DNA of 64,000 nt from Euprymna scolopes (Eukaryota). Position numbers and translations under genes: made by a program. The stretch is from assembly GCA_053919585.1 (NCBI GenBank), contig CM132787.1. One strand, given 5' to 3'. Positions 38,756 through 52,131 of the stretch are shown piece by piece. A model generated the notes under the pieces. That model searched no databases. It was not told where the DNA came from and was given only the letters and a program-made list of their open reading frames with translations. The first letter of the stretch is position 1. Each line of letters opens with the position of its first letter.

Positions 38756-40626
38756 TCGTTCTTAATATTTGGAGGTATAGCATGTATATTCCGAAAGTTG
38801 TTCTGAACGTTAGGAGATTGGAAGGGTATATTTTGAAATGTATTATTAAACATAGGGAGGTTGTGGTAATTTATTCCTGAATCAGCTTAACATGTTGAGA
38901 TTGGAGGTGTTTATTCGGAAAACCTTATGCACGCGCATTAGAAATTTATCGGTTGTGCACAAATGGCGTCCAGGGATTCCATTAGGTGTAATTTTGGATG
39001 TCATGTTTTCGTATTTGGTAAACTACTTATCAGTATCAAATTTTACTGTAATATTTGTTGTCGCCCTACACGAAAACATATGAAACTCAACATTTCGAAT
39101 GTGAACCGTGAGTTGTAGTTAATTAAAAAAATACCGGGAATGCTCAATTTTAGATAGACGTATTACTTTAAAAAAATTCTTAGAAAATAATATTTTTTCA
39201 CACTATAATGATTATTTATAAATGATTAGCTACGTAAATGTTTATTTTGTATTAAAATAAACATCTTTTTTGTGGTGTAATAATTATCTTAAATATTACA
39301 AGCAATAAAACGCGAAATTATATATAGAAAAAGAGAAGTTATTTAAAGAGAAATAGAAGGTAATTATAGAAAATAAAATTATCAAAACGGAGCAGGATTA
39401 GTAAGGTAATTTAATAAAAAAAACACATTATAAGGTTAGGCGAGACTATAAATATTTCACGTTTAGAATCTCGAGCAATATTTACGTATTGCTTGAACAA
39501 AAAAAAAAAAAAGAATAAATGAAACACAGGGACTTGACATTAAGCCCAAGTAAGGTTTTCTATCCAAATGTTAATTAGGACTTGCCCCCTCTCGTGGAAG
39601 ATTTACTTAAGAAATGCTAAAAAGACTGTAAGAATATTTTTTATTTTACATTTTTTTCTAAGACTGCAAATTACATATTTGGATTCCGTTTGCCGTAAAA
39701 CACGTTTAAATATATTTAAAAATCTTGCAAACATTCTCATTTATTAATACAAAGACACGGTGGAAAATATACATAAAACAATGACTTGGTGCCATCATCT
39801 AGAATCGAAACAAAAAACATTTCATATACCAGCTGCGTTTTCTACTTATGTTGGTATAGAAAGGGAGATAATAGTCTAAACATTAACATATGTTAAGAAA
39901 TAAATTATATGTGTGCATGCGCAGAAAAAAAGTACATATATGTCGGCCTGCTGAAATGAACATTTCGCATTTCGATTTGCCGATATATGTCTGTATGGGT
40001 TATTTATTGATTCAAGCAAAGATTTTACTCGTTATAAAAATATATGCTGTATGAGTACGGTTTCTTTTTAATTGCAGTGTTATGTGATCAGTAGTTTTTT
40101 AGTTTACCTGAATCTTTACACACACATGCGTGTATTGTTTTATTTATATCGATTTTGCACTGACATTCGTTCAAAATGAGCAACACAAAAACCCCCAGAA
40201 AAAATGTTAGTTATTATTGTTAGGTACATCCTGTATTTGAAATAGAAGTAATAACTCTAGACAACTGACATTACGTATCTCTCGTATTGAACCGAATAAA
40301 CCAGTATCATCGAAAATTAAACCTTTGCAACTCATTTTCACTGAAATAACGTTTTGATTTCGGAGGAGATACAATTTGATTTACATGACTTCCGCTTACG
40401 CGTATGAGGTTTATTTTATAAATAACGTGTGGCAACGTTCTATACTTCGCAGGAAAGTTATANNNNNNNNNNNNNNNNNNNNNNNNNNNNNNNNNNNNNN
40501 NNNNNNNNNNNNNNNNNNNNNNNNNNNNNNNNNNNNNNNNNNNNNNNNNNNNNNNNNNNNNNNNNNNNNNNNNNNNNNNNNNNNNNNNNNNNNNNNNNNN
40601 NNNNNATATATAATTTATGCATAATA

Positions 40627-40670
<44 letters not shown>

Positions 40671-40847
40671 CGTAATAGAATAATCTTTTTCATATACTCT
40701 GAAACATACCCACGTAAGTTGTAAGTAGTAAATATATATCAGATAGTTTTAGTATCCAATAGTCAGTTATTTTAAGTAACATATAGAGTATTACATTGTT
40801 TAAAGAATCTGTACATTCGAAATAAAGGTGTCTGCATTGACACCTAA

Positions 40848-40956
40848 TCTATTATATCAACAGATCTATGTCTCCCTGTCTGTTTGTATTGATATTTTCA
40901 AACTCTATCTACCCCGAAACTAAAAATCGCAGAGCAACGCAAGGAGCCTCAAATAG
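40848..40956 (+). mobile_element. Possible ~110-bp mini-Helitron
   Basis: A|TCTATTATAT 5' end, CTGTCTGT, and a GCAACGC hairpin remnant followed by ATAG|T. Confidence 0.4.
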
Positions 40957-41093
40957 TTCGATTTTTATGGACTGGTAAACATTGTTTTAATGGATAAATA
41001 ATGAATCTAAATTTAAAAGAAATTGTTAAACATTTTTTCATTCATCTTACTTTATTTTAAAGTTTTAATTGGTTAAAATCCGTGTACAGTTGT

Positions 41094-41435
41094 TGGTTGG
41101 TTGGTTGGTTGTTTTTGTATCATGGCATATCAACGCTTTTCGGGTTATTTAATGCCGAGTCCAAAGATTTTGAAGATCTTTTTTTTAATAGAATATATTT
41201 GTTGTTTTCACGTCAGTTTCTATTAAACCCATCGTTGGAACCCTAGCAGGTACTACCACTCCGGGTCAGAGTGGACCTGGGAGCAATGGTAATTAAAGGG
41301 TGGCCCCACACTCCCTAAAGCCCACAAGCTGTGGCCTCGCCACTGGATATAGTTGAAGGTCATATCAGGACACCAATTGAGGGAATTTTACCCTCTGAAA
41401 GAGGGCAGTATTCTAATACCCCACCGACAGGGCAA
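41094..41435 (-). mobile_element. SINE-like retroposon with a 12-bp TSD and (CAAC)n tail
   Basis: Direct repeat GTGTACAGTTGT at 41082-41093 and 41436-41447. (GTTG)n on the plus strand forms the 3' tail. Internal hairpin CCACTCCG-GGT-CAGAGTGG. Confidence 0.8.
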
Positions 41436-42706
41436 GTGTACAGTTGTAATAGCACCAGTTTTGAATACTACAGTTTGGTTTTCGATCCTAGTTGATGGCA
41501 CTTAAATATTTATTTAATATTTGAAATCACGACTCTATAATAATATATACGGAATCTTGATTGATCAAAATATCATATTAAAACGTACTTAACACCCTGG
41601 CATCCCCCACGCTAGTACTTTACATATATATTATATATTCTCAATACCCATTATTTTCCTACAATTTTTACTTTCATTATTTTACATTATCGATGAATTA
41701 GTTGCGCCTTATTTACAAAATAGGGAGATATATACAGATGGTGTTGTTTTTGGCATTACTTATACTAACCATTAATCTATAGATATTTATAAATTACGTA
41801 GAATAATATTTGCTGTGTCCCACTTCTATCATGCAAATGGCAGAGGGAGTATTAGCATATATTGAAACAAAACCAGGATAACGTTTGTTTCAATATAAAC
41901 CTCAACTTTATAGGAACCTATTAATAATAAGCACCCATACACTCATATATACAGAGTTAAACCATAAAATCGTCGCGCTAAAAACAAAACCACACCTTAC
42001 ATTTAAAACCTTAATTGAAAAAAATCAATTCAGGTAACATTATTATGTAGTAGGGCTTATATCTATTGAATTTAATCGCATTTACAGTCAATCGCCGCGT
42101 TGATATGGGTTCGGAATTTAAAGCATGCCTTTTCAACAAGAGCCGGCGGGAGTTGAATGAATACACGACGGACAGCGGCGATCTGACAACTTTTCTTGTG
42201 GGATTAAATATTGCTGATATTGGCCACATGTGACTAACAGAGTACTCAGTAAGTTCAGGTGGGAGTGGAGGAAGACCAGTTAGAGGAGTGTACAAATTCG
42301 TAGCACTTCTGAAGCCAAGCCTCTGTCTCTAGGACGTGGGCCGCCGCCAGGTCCTTCTGTCACACAGTTTTTGCACGCACTCATCTCATAGTACCACAGG
42401 ATCAACATACATACATCTAGGTACACTTTGCTGTTGACTTTCAAGATGATCTCTAAGATATGAAGTGTCATAATATTGACCTCACATGAAAAAAACACCA
42501 AAGACCATAACTGACCGGAGACAATGTTTACATTACGCTGGCCACACCCCTGATAGGCGAAGCAATCCAGCGATAAATTTTCAGGGTGATGTCTATAGTT
42601 CTGAACATATAACTTGGGTCTGTATGCAGCCTTATTTGTATGGCGCATATAAGATCTGGTTTTTTAAACATTGTGTCACTTTCTACTATCGCGTTTAGGG
42701 ATTGTT

Positions 42707-42774
<68 letters not shown>

Positions 42775-42778
<4 letters not shown>

Positions 42779-44037
42779 CATGGTCGCCCGGGCTTGCACG
42801 GATATTTGGATGTGTATGTTGATAGAAAAAGTGGTAGTAGGAAGGAAGGCTCGAACCCGTACCGCAAAGGAGGAAAAGAACGGGGGTAAAACCTAACGTT
42901 TATGCAGTTACCTCCACCGCCAAACTGGAAGCGACATTTTTTTTAAAGTAAGGCTAGATAATCTAAAGGAGAGGATAACTTTAAAAAATCTCGTCGAAAA
43001 AAGTGACCCCCCCTGTAAAAAAGTGCGTTGTTGAAGAGTAGATAATAGTGTTTTTAGCCAATTTTCGATATCTGTCGTATGAAATATCGTACTTTAAAAC
43101 GATACTGATCTCGGTAAAATCCGTCGCCGCTATTGAAGGTTTAAGGCAGACATGTAAACATACATGCATACATACATTTATATATTAGTAACTAAAAATT
43201 TTCGAGCCAACTAATGAAAAGGCTTGCTCTATCTCTGAATACCCTTTATGTAAAATTTCAAATATTTAGACCAGAAATTGTTTGAGTAATTTGGACGTGA
43301 CCGCAGAGTTCATTTATTTACAATTTGACCCCTATTATGATCCCTTAAAATTAAGTATTAAATTAGATCCATGTCCAAGGAACCTATATCTAAAATTTCA
43401 AGTGCGTAGACCCAAAATTGCCGGAGGAGTTTGGTAGAATTCTCAAAGGACAAACCGTTGAATTTTTACCCCTTAACCACGAAATTTCTGGCCCAAAACA
43501 AATCACATCGATATTCCCAAATCTCAGTAAGCTGCATATCAAATTTCGAGTCTGTAGACTAAAAACTGACAGAGTTATNNNNNNNNNNNNNNNNNNNNNN
43601 NNNNNNNNNNNNNNNNNNNNNNNNNNNNNNNNNNNNNNNNNNNNNNNNNNNNNNNNNNNNNNNNNNNNNNNNNNNNNNNNNNNNNNNNNNNNNNNNNNNN
43701 NNNNNNNNNNNNNNNNNNNNNNNNATTGCCCGGTTGTTTTGATGTGTATGTTGAGCAAAAAATAAAAAAAAACGTGGTAGTAGGAAGGCAGGCTCGAACC
43801 CGTGCCGCAAAGGAGAAAAAGAACGAAGTAAAACCTAACATCTATGCTATCACGACCACCGCCAAACCAGACGTTACATGTTTTAAAAGTAAGACTAGAC
43901 AATCTAAAGGAGAGCATAACTTTACAAAATATCGTCGAAAAAAGTGACCCCCCCTGCAGAAACGTGCCTAGTTTAAGGGGTAGATATTTTTTTTAGCCAA
44001 AGAAATGCACACAGTCACACAAACATAGAAATACACA
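42775..44037 (-). mobile_element. Two Helitron family A copies (42775-43578 and 43725-44037), each cut by N gaps
   Basis: Terminal hairpin remnants, GTGGTAGTAGGAAGG..GCTCGAACCCGT and shared internal modules. Confidence 0.78.
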
Positions 44038-44946
44038 NNNNNNNNNNNNNNNNNNNNNNNNNNNNNNNNNNNNNNNNNNNNNNNNNNNNNNNNNNNNNNN
44101 NNNNNNNNNNNNNNNNNNNNNNNNNNNNNNNNNNNNNNNNNNNNNNNNNNNNNNNNNNNNNNNNNNNNNNNNNNNNNNNNNNNNNNNNNNNNNNNNNNNN
44201 NNNNNNNNNNNNNNNNNNNNNNNNNNNNAGGTTTCAGAAAATCGTGTGAAATTGATCATTGTCCCTTTTACATAAACACGTGGTGTTAATTGTGCGTACA
44301 AATCTGAAATACGCCTTCCTATTGATGTATTGACACATTTGGAAATGATTCTGCTCAAGGCAAAAAATAAAACGTCTTCTGTCAATTAGAACAATCAATA
44401 GCCTTCAATTAATGGCCAAATCAATACTTCCGGAAAGAAGCGTCAGTGATTGTGAGTGTGTTTGGCTGCGTGTTCGATATTTTGACACAGTTCCTATTGA
44501 AACAATTAATAGCCATCAGTATCAATTATTATTTTAAACTAAAAAAAACTAAAATGATGACGTATTAAACAACCTGCTCCTATTAAAAATAAAAATGTCG
44601 TTGCGATTTACGCTGTTTAGTGTAAATGTTTCATTCTCATAAGGTATATTTTATGTTAGGATACATTTTTCAGAAGTTTTTGATCAGGTTGCGTTATTTG
44701 TATTATTTAGATTACTCGAAATACCCTTCACATTTTTTGGCATATTATTACGTTAATTCCGTCGATGTTATCTCCGACTTTCTTCCGGTGTATCAGGTTA
44801 ATCTTAAAAACGCATATACCGATCACGTTTCTTTGCATTAAAAGGCTGCCTTTTATATTTCTTTCGTTTTCATTTTTCTTATCCAATATTTTTTCTCAAA
44901 AAAAATATTTTCGGTATTGTTCATAGCACTCATACTATCTATTGTG

Positions 44947-45009
<63 letters not shown>

Positions 45010-45010
<1 letters not shown>

Positions 45011-48000
45011 TTTCTTCATCTTCCTGATCCCTCCGATCTCTATGTCAAATTCCGTGTATTCTCTCCGCTTTTCCGGCTTTTTGATATGCCGAACATCTTC
45101 AAACTGGCATAGGTGTTCCTTTTTTTTAATCATTATGTTGCTTGTGAATTGTATTGTTCATTAGGTTAACCGGCTGTTACTTCTATGATTTATCTGAGTA
45201 TTATAGACGCAATTGTCTGCAAAATTCCTAGTTTACTTATTCCCTCACTCAACCGTGTCTATTTTTTTTTATTATTTTCTGCTAGTTAGCTGCACTCCAA
45301 TTTTATGTGGTTTATTGTTTCATCTCTTTATCTTCAGAGTCTGCTTTTGCTATTTGATTGTGTCTTGTGGACGATTAGTCTGATCCGGTTCGTTCTAAAC
45401 ACGTTATATTTTGTGGCTGTAATCAGGAACTCAATTTCCATGTTTAGGTTTTTGTTTTTGTGGCGAATTCACAGTGATTTCGTTAATCTCATCCGTTGAC
45501 ATCCTTGTGAATCTTTTGTGTAGCTGCTTCACTTCCCATTTTTCTCGACTTAGTTCGTGTCTCTTCTGTGTCTGTCTTTCTGGTGTCTTCGGCGTCTTTT
45601 GTTGTGGCATTTACTCAGTCGGTGTTCTGCATTATATATTTATCAAATTTTCTTTTTTCTAATATGTACACAACTTTCTACACAAACCAGTTCTCTTCCT
45701 CAATTTTTCCGTTTTCACATAGAATTTGTCAGTTAACTTTTTTGCGTGTAGTGCACTGTACATTATCATGAGTTTCCGTGTGTTCTGGTTGAAATTCCTC
45801 AGTTCTCCTTCAGTTCAACATATAAAGTATCTTATTATTGACACTGAACATCCGTTTAAATCTTTATGTTTCTACTATATAGTTTAATTTCTAAGGGTTT
45901 TGCTGTGCTACTGAGGTCTTTCTTTTCAAATTGTCCATTTAATTTAAGTTGCTTTGATTGTATCAACTTCTGGAACTCCCACATAGTTGTATCAGTCGTG
46001 TTCAGCCTTTTTCAGTCATCTTTGAATAGGCAGACCAATATCTTCTTTTGCTTTCAACTTTGCCTCTTCATAATCAACACTGCGCAATTTAATGTTCCTT
46101 TTTTTCTCTCTGACTTTGTTTCCCTTAACTTGAGAGCGGTCCGAAATTATGAAGGGAAAGAATAATTTGTGTTTTCAGGTGTGTTGTTGGTATCTTCTAC
46201 ATTGTAGGTAAACATATTATTAAAGTCTAGTTAATGAGGATGCCTTTTGTTCCGAAGCTTTTTTAAAATCACTAGGAGTAGTGACACAAGCCATTATAAA
46301 ATATTGTTCTTTAAAAATTACTTGTGGTGTTCATTGGATTTTTATTAACTGGTCTCCTCAGACTTCCAGTACTCTCAGCCTCTTTTGATAACCTTTGCAA
46401 AATAATGTGCGTGCTCCAATCAGCCACTTATTTGTTTTTCGTTGGTGGCGACCATGTATATTCACTTGGTTTTGGGTGGCAATACACCTTCCTAATAATT
46501 ATTTGGTATGGTGCTCATTCATGGTGACACTAAATACCTTACAATTATACAGTTTCAGTTTCTCATGATTCCATGCGATGTTCCTTCGCGTTACGCATCT
46601 ACTGCCGTGTCTGTGTTCAATTTGTGTGTAGTTTCTGTGTAGCGTTAGTCTTAAATTTCAAGGGGTTTCCTTAATATATCTGCAGTTTTAAGTATTAAAG
46701 TTCGTTGAACTTTTTCAGACATTCCTCCAATTTCAATATCTCCCATTCTTTTTTTTAAAGTGGTTCAGTGTCGTCGCTAGTGCTCCAACTATTAGTTATG
46801 TTATCTTTACCGTCTATATTTTCCAGATCCCTTAGAGCTCTTCGGCAAGCTCTGTGTATTTGCTCCTCTCTCAATCTCTTAGATCTTTACTCTGTGGTAT
46901 GCGGGAACAGAAAAATTCTACAATCTAGCAAGGCGTTTCCTTCTTGTTAATTATTATGTTATCCTGTGTTCTTGCGTAGATCGGTTCATTCATTTGTATA
47001 CCCATATCCCATAGGATGTTTTGACTTTTATTTTTCAGAAATGCTGTCGATTTCTGCTTGCAAATTCCATCGGTGTGTTCAAGATTCCATTGTTTGGGTA
47101 CTTTTCAATGTACTCTCTTCAACACTATATCTTGTCTATGCTTATATTCTTTTGGGCCAATTTGCAAAATTCATATATACGTAGTTTATTGTTTCGTCTC
47201 TTTGTCCGCAGAGTTGGAATGTGCTGTTTTTGGTGTCTTGCCGATTCGCGCTTTGATAAAGCTGATTCTAATTACGTTATCCTGTGAGCTGTAATTAGTT
47301 ATTACGTTTACACGTTAAGGTTTCGTTCTAGATTCTGTCTCCAAGTGTTTTTGTGTGTTTCGTGCTGTGTCATACTTTTAAATAGTCTTATAGCAGTTTC
47401 TGTTCACATTTTGTTTCCGCGACTTATTCCCCGTCTCTTTACAATCTTGCTAGTTTCTGCAGTGTTTCTTGCTGCAGCACTTTTCTTTCGGTATACTGCA
47501 TTATGTACTTTTAAATCCTTTTTTGGGGGGGGTTAATTACACAGTCTACTGTACAGACCAGACTTCTTCCACTGTCTTCCTTTTCACATATAATCGGCCA
47601 GTTTTATCTTTCGGGTGTAGGGCATTGTGCGTCGTCAAGAGTATCGTGATCGTCTTGTCGATTTTCCTTAGTTCTTATTTCATCCAGCTTATAAAAGGTC
47701 GAAAGTATCTTATTAGTGAAACTGACCACGTGTTTATTCCTTTAATTAGGTTTCGACTATATAGTTTAGTTCGAGGAGTTTTCTTGTTCTTCTGAGATAT
47801 TCCATTCTAATTTTCTCTTTAATTGCTTGAAGTGTTTGTAGCTACCATTCTCACCTGGTGCTCTGATCTATGTTTGATTTGGAAATACAATACCTTCTCT
47901 TGTTTCGAATTTTCCTCTCCTCATGGTCGGCAATGAGCAATTTTACATACTGAATTGAATTACGATGTCCTTGCTGAAGATTTTGGTAGGGTTTATTAGT

Positions 48001-48755
48001 GTGCCTTGTTCTGTTTTTGATTTTGGAAACAGTTTCAAGTCATCCATGTACAGTATAGGGTGCATTATTCGTGTTAGTTAGTATTCGGCTAGGTATTTTC
48101 TTAGAATGTTGTTAAGGATATTCTGACTCTAAAGAACACTAATGCTGATAGGGTATCACCTTGCTTTATCTCTTTGTATTTTGACTTCCGTTATGCGTTG
48201 TCCATCAGCTCTCAGCTCAAGTCTTCATGTTTGCCCTGCATTTTCTACTAGATAGGTTATTTTACCTGGAATTTTGTACATTTCAGACGTTCTATTGGAC
48301 ATTCTCCATGATTATATAATATGCCTGGTTATAGTCCATCTAAGTTATTTTTCTACATTTTATCTCCTTCAAAATCCTCCGTTCTATGTATAAATGGTCG
48401 TCTGTTCCTTTTTCCTTTTGACAATTTATCTCTTTCTCTATGAGTACTCCGATGTTATAGATACATTTCTTCTCTCGGTTATACAGTAATTATTTTTCAC
48501 ATTAAATGGGAACAGGTTCTTGGCGTGTAGCTTCTGAGGATGCTTTGTGTCTCATTTGCATCAGTGTGGTTCTAGTTTTCGTCACACATTCTCGTACTTA
48601 TGCTTCGTGGATGAGGATTTAACTGTTTATAGCAGCCTTTTATGCAGTGCTGTGAAGTTCGTAAACCGATAGACATTATTTCGTCATAACTTGGTGCTCT
48701 TACGTTGGCCATTTTTGTAAGGTTATCTTGAGGGGTTCCTTGCTGATTTCATTTT
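45010..48755 (-). pseudogene. Highly decayed non-LTR retrotransposon, R4/Dong-like RT
   Basis: Minus strand gives KEIKQGDTLSALVF at about 48174-48133 and PILYMDDLKL at about 48059-48030, with upstream remnants of KAP..D, Y.P..C and DY..AY. The 3' boundary is uncertain and falls near the (TA)n at 44948-45009. Confidence 0.6.
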
Positions 48756-50000
48756 NNNNNNNNNNNNNNNNNNNNNNNNNNNNNNNNNNNNNNNNNNNNN
48801 NNNNNNNNNNNNNNNNNNNNNNNNNNNNNNNNNNNNNNNNNNNNNNNNNNNNNNNNNNNNNNNNNNNNNNNNNNNNNNNNNNNNNNNNNNNNNNNNNNNN
48901 NNNNNNNNNNNNNNNNNNNNNNNNNNNNNNNNNNNNNNNNNNNNNNNNNNNNNNNNNNNNNNNNNNNNNNNNNNNNNNNNNNNNNNNNNNNNNTTATTTG
49001 CGTATTACTGTATATATTATTCATGACTATCGGTTCCCATATCGTGTTAAATTCTATATCAGGTCTAATATATATTAGGTCTTCGCTCATCGTATGGGTT
49101 TTTTTATTTGAGTCATCTTACTCTATACCTTACTTTCCTCTCTATAAAATTTAATTCGTACAATGGTTATGGGCGATTTCCCTTTTCCAGATATGATAAG
49201 CCATGCCTGATCTTTACAATATTTTCATCTTTTACGGTTGCGATGTTTTGTAACTTTTGTATATTTTTTTCAAAATTTACATAGCATCGCATATACACAG
49301 ATTCCATTATGTTTGTTTTTGGTTCTGGAGAGTTGAATTGCATCGGAATACTTCCCTGATTATTATGGGTAGCATACTCTTTGAAATGTTTCCCTCTTTC
49401 ATGTATGGTTTGCAAAATCATCACAGTTTTTATACAATACACATTCATTAATGGAATCGTCACTAATTTATTTACGTTATCGACTCATCAAATTCCCCTC
49501 CAATATGTTCCGCTATATACGCTATGTTTTAAGATTAGTAAGGATCCAATATATAAGTTTAAGGCGTGGCGATTGTTAACATAACGTTCAGTTCGAGTTT
49601 CATTATGTAGTCGTATTCTTATAGAACTAATTGTATTAACTGTAGCGGTAGTGATAGCAGTAATACAGACTACTTACTGCGTAAAATAGAAATTAATGTA
49701 CAGTTTATATTTATATAAACCTCTAATATTCGACTTTTGATAGTGATGCCGGAATAATTGTTTACAATTATGTCTCCTTTCTCAAGTATCTGTAGCATTT
49801 TAATACTAGTATTAATAGTAATGGTCGTGGTAGTAGTTGGGATAGCAGTAGTGCATATCGGTTTCAAGTTTGTGAGTAAAATAGAAGCAATTGTGTTAAT
49901 ATTATTCAATTACGAACTAAATGATCTATAAGATGCTACATAAAAATGTCGAATTTAAGAATTAAATAAAAAAAAAATGAGAGACGATATTCTGTAAAAC

Positions 50001-50051
<51 letters not shown>

Positions 50052-50239
50052 AACTGCTTTACTAAAAATATGCTGCGGTATTTCCTTGTATACATGTTTT
50101 TAAAGGTTGTCATATTTGTCGTATGAACTTAATTATTCACAAGAGAGAAAAATAAGGAATAAGTGTATACAGTTTTTTCTCAAAGAAATAAAAAAAAACA
50201 AATGAAATATCGATTTTCAGTTTCTTTTTACGGTAGATA

Positions 50240-50580
50240 ATTTGTCGATGAACGGCGCCTTGTTTTCATCCATCGATTACTTGCTTATCAATACGAACCA
50301 GGGCGAGTGCTTCATGAATGGCCTTGGGTGTGGGGCGGTGGAGAGTTTCCTTTCTAGTCGATAGTAAACATTACTTGAGACTCACTGCACACACCCACAC
50401 ACTAAACTCACACTGCAAAAATGATTTTCTTGTTCTGCAGTGCATGTTGCACTCAAGTTTGGTGTGGGTTGAAGCAGACATAGACGTTCCAGCTTACCAA
50501 TCTTCGTCCAATCCGCATAACCTTGTTTCTTCCTGATTGGACAATCCGCTACCTCTCCCACACACCCCAATCAGGTAACT
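50240..50580. promoter_or_regulatory. Candidate cis-regulatory island
   Basis: Unique, GC-richer segment with CCAAT at 50497, 50508 and 50567, ATTGG at 50536, a GC box GGGGCGG at 50332, a FOX-like GTAAACA at 50364 and CACACCC motifs. Confidence 0.35.
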
Positions 50581-51261
50581 TTTCACAACACAAGGGTTCA
50601 AATTGGTACTTTTATTACGTACCGGGAACTATTTCTTTGACCTATCAGATCGAAACCCTAGCCTAAACAATTCGAAAGATATCTACAAATAATCCCATTT
50701 ACTGCAATATTATTTTATAAATTCGACTTTATTTTTATGTTTATAGTTTTGCGACCACGTTATTTTCCCTTCAATCTGGCATAGTTATCTGCTGTTTTCT
50801 TGAAAAAGCAATTCAAATGAGAATTAATATCTCGGTCTCCTCTTTTTTCCATTATTTCTCGAATTTAACTCTCAGTACCTTCTTCTTTCCTAAACGTTTC
50901 CCACTGTCGCTGGTTGAGTCACATATTAGATCATATATAGTACCGAGCTTTCCATAGTGAACACGTTTACTTAAAATATAATCATTAACAATGCATTTTA
51001 TTATGCAAGAGAAACGGCTTAATTATTTAAATATAATAAATAACTTTCACAAGTTCACCCGATTTACTAATTGATTAAAACATTTTATGAATACATTAAT
51101 ATAATTAATTGTACGAATGATTAATTGTATTAGAATATTTTAATACTCAATAAAAGAGAAGAATAAATGAATAAATATTCGACAGATTGCATAAATCATT
51201 AACTAGTAAAATAGATGGCAATGCATTTATGTGTATGTGATAGTCCACGATCCACATTTAG

Positions 51262-51339
<78 letters not shown>

Positions 51340-51496
51340 CTTTCCATACTTTTTTGTGACCAAGAGCGGAGATCTGCTTGAAATATAAAAAAATAACAAT
51401 AAAAATATTAAATACAAAAAGTGGCATCGTTTTTTCATGCTTCAAACCCCCTCATAACCTTAAAAAAAGAAAAACATATATATAGAGAGAGATTCA

Positions 51497-51540
51497 GCCC
51501 CTCTGATGGGTCGTGGACGACGAAACACGTGTCATTGGAT
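51497..51540 (+). ncRNA. Degenerate minimal hammerhead motif
   Basis: CUGAUGG (A9 changed to G) / GUCG-UGGA-CGAC / GAAA / CACGUG / UC. Stem III is palindromic with a GUC site, but stem I is not formed. Confidence 0.5.
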
Positions 51541-51558
51541 AATTATATTTTAAAAATA

Positions 51559-51596
<38 letters not shown>

Positions 51597-52131
51597 AAGG
51601 AAGAGATAGAGATGAAGAATTTACATTCTCACAGTCGACGACCGTTATATATCTTTTGTCCAAGCTGTGAGACAATTTGCTTCGAATACAAGTGACATTG
51701 GTTTCAGAACATAGGTTCAGGTATTGCATTCTTAAATTTGGGGGGACTTTTTCAGCCTTAACGCCGTCGTTGTCTGGTTGTAAAAATCACACACCCACAC
51801 AGACATACACTCATACTCACAANNNNNNNNNNNNNNNNNNNNNNNNNNNNNNNNNNNNNNNNNNNNNNNNNNNNNNNNNNNNNNNNNNNNNNNNNNNNNN
51901 NNNNNNNNNNNNNNNNNNNNNNNNNNNNNNNNNNNNNNNNNNNNNNNNNNNTTCATCTTCCGTTCTTGTTTGTTTGTTCAGAGTTTTATTAATAAGTTCA
52001 ATATGTCCACTGTATTTCAAATTATTTTTCATACTGAAATCGAAAATGTACAAAGTGATATTCCAGCAAGGATCTTAATGTGTTTTAAAAGGTAATCTGC
52101 ATTCGAATGATATGCCTATTTTTATATTACA

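Noticed and set aside
44240-44540. Cluster of AACAAT/ATCAAT/CTTCCGG motifs suggesting an enhancer
   Set aside because: Short AT-rich motifs are expected by chance at this base composition.
50441-50573. Possible coding exon with AG/GT borders
   Set aside because: Stop codons occur in all three plus-strand frames.
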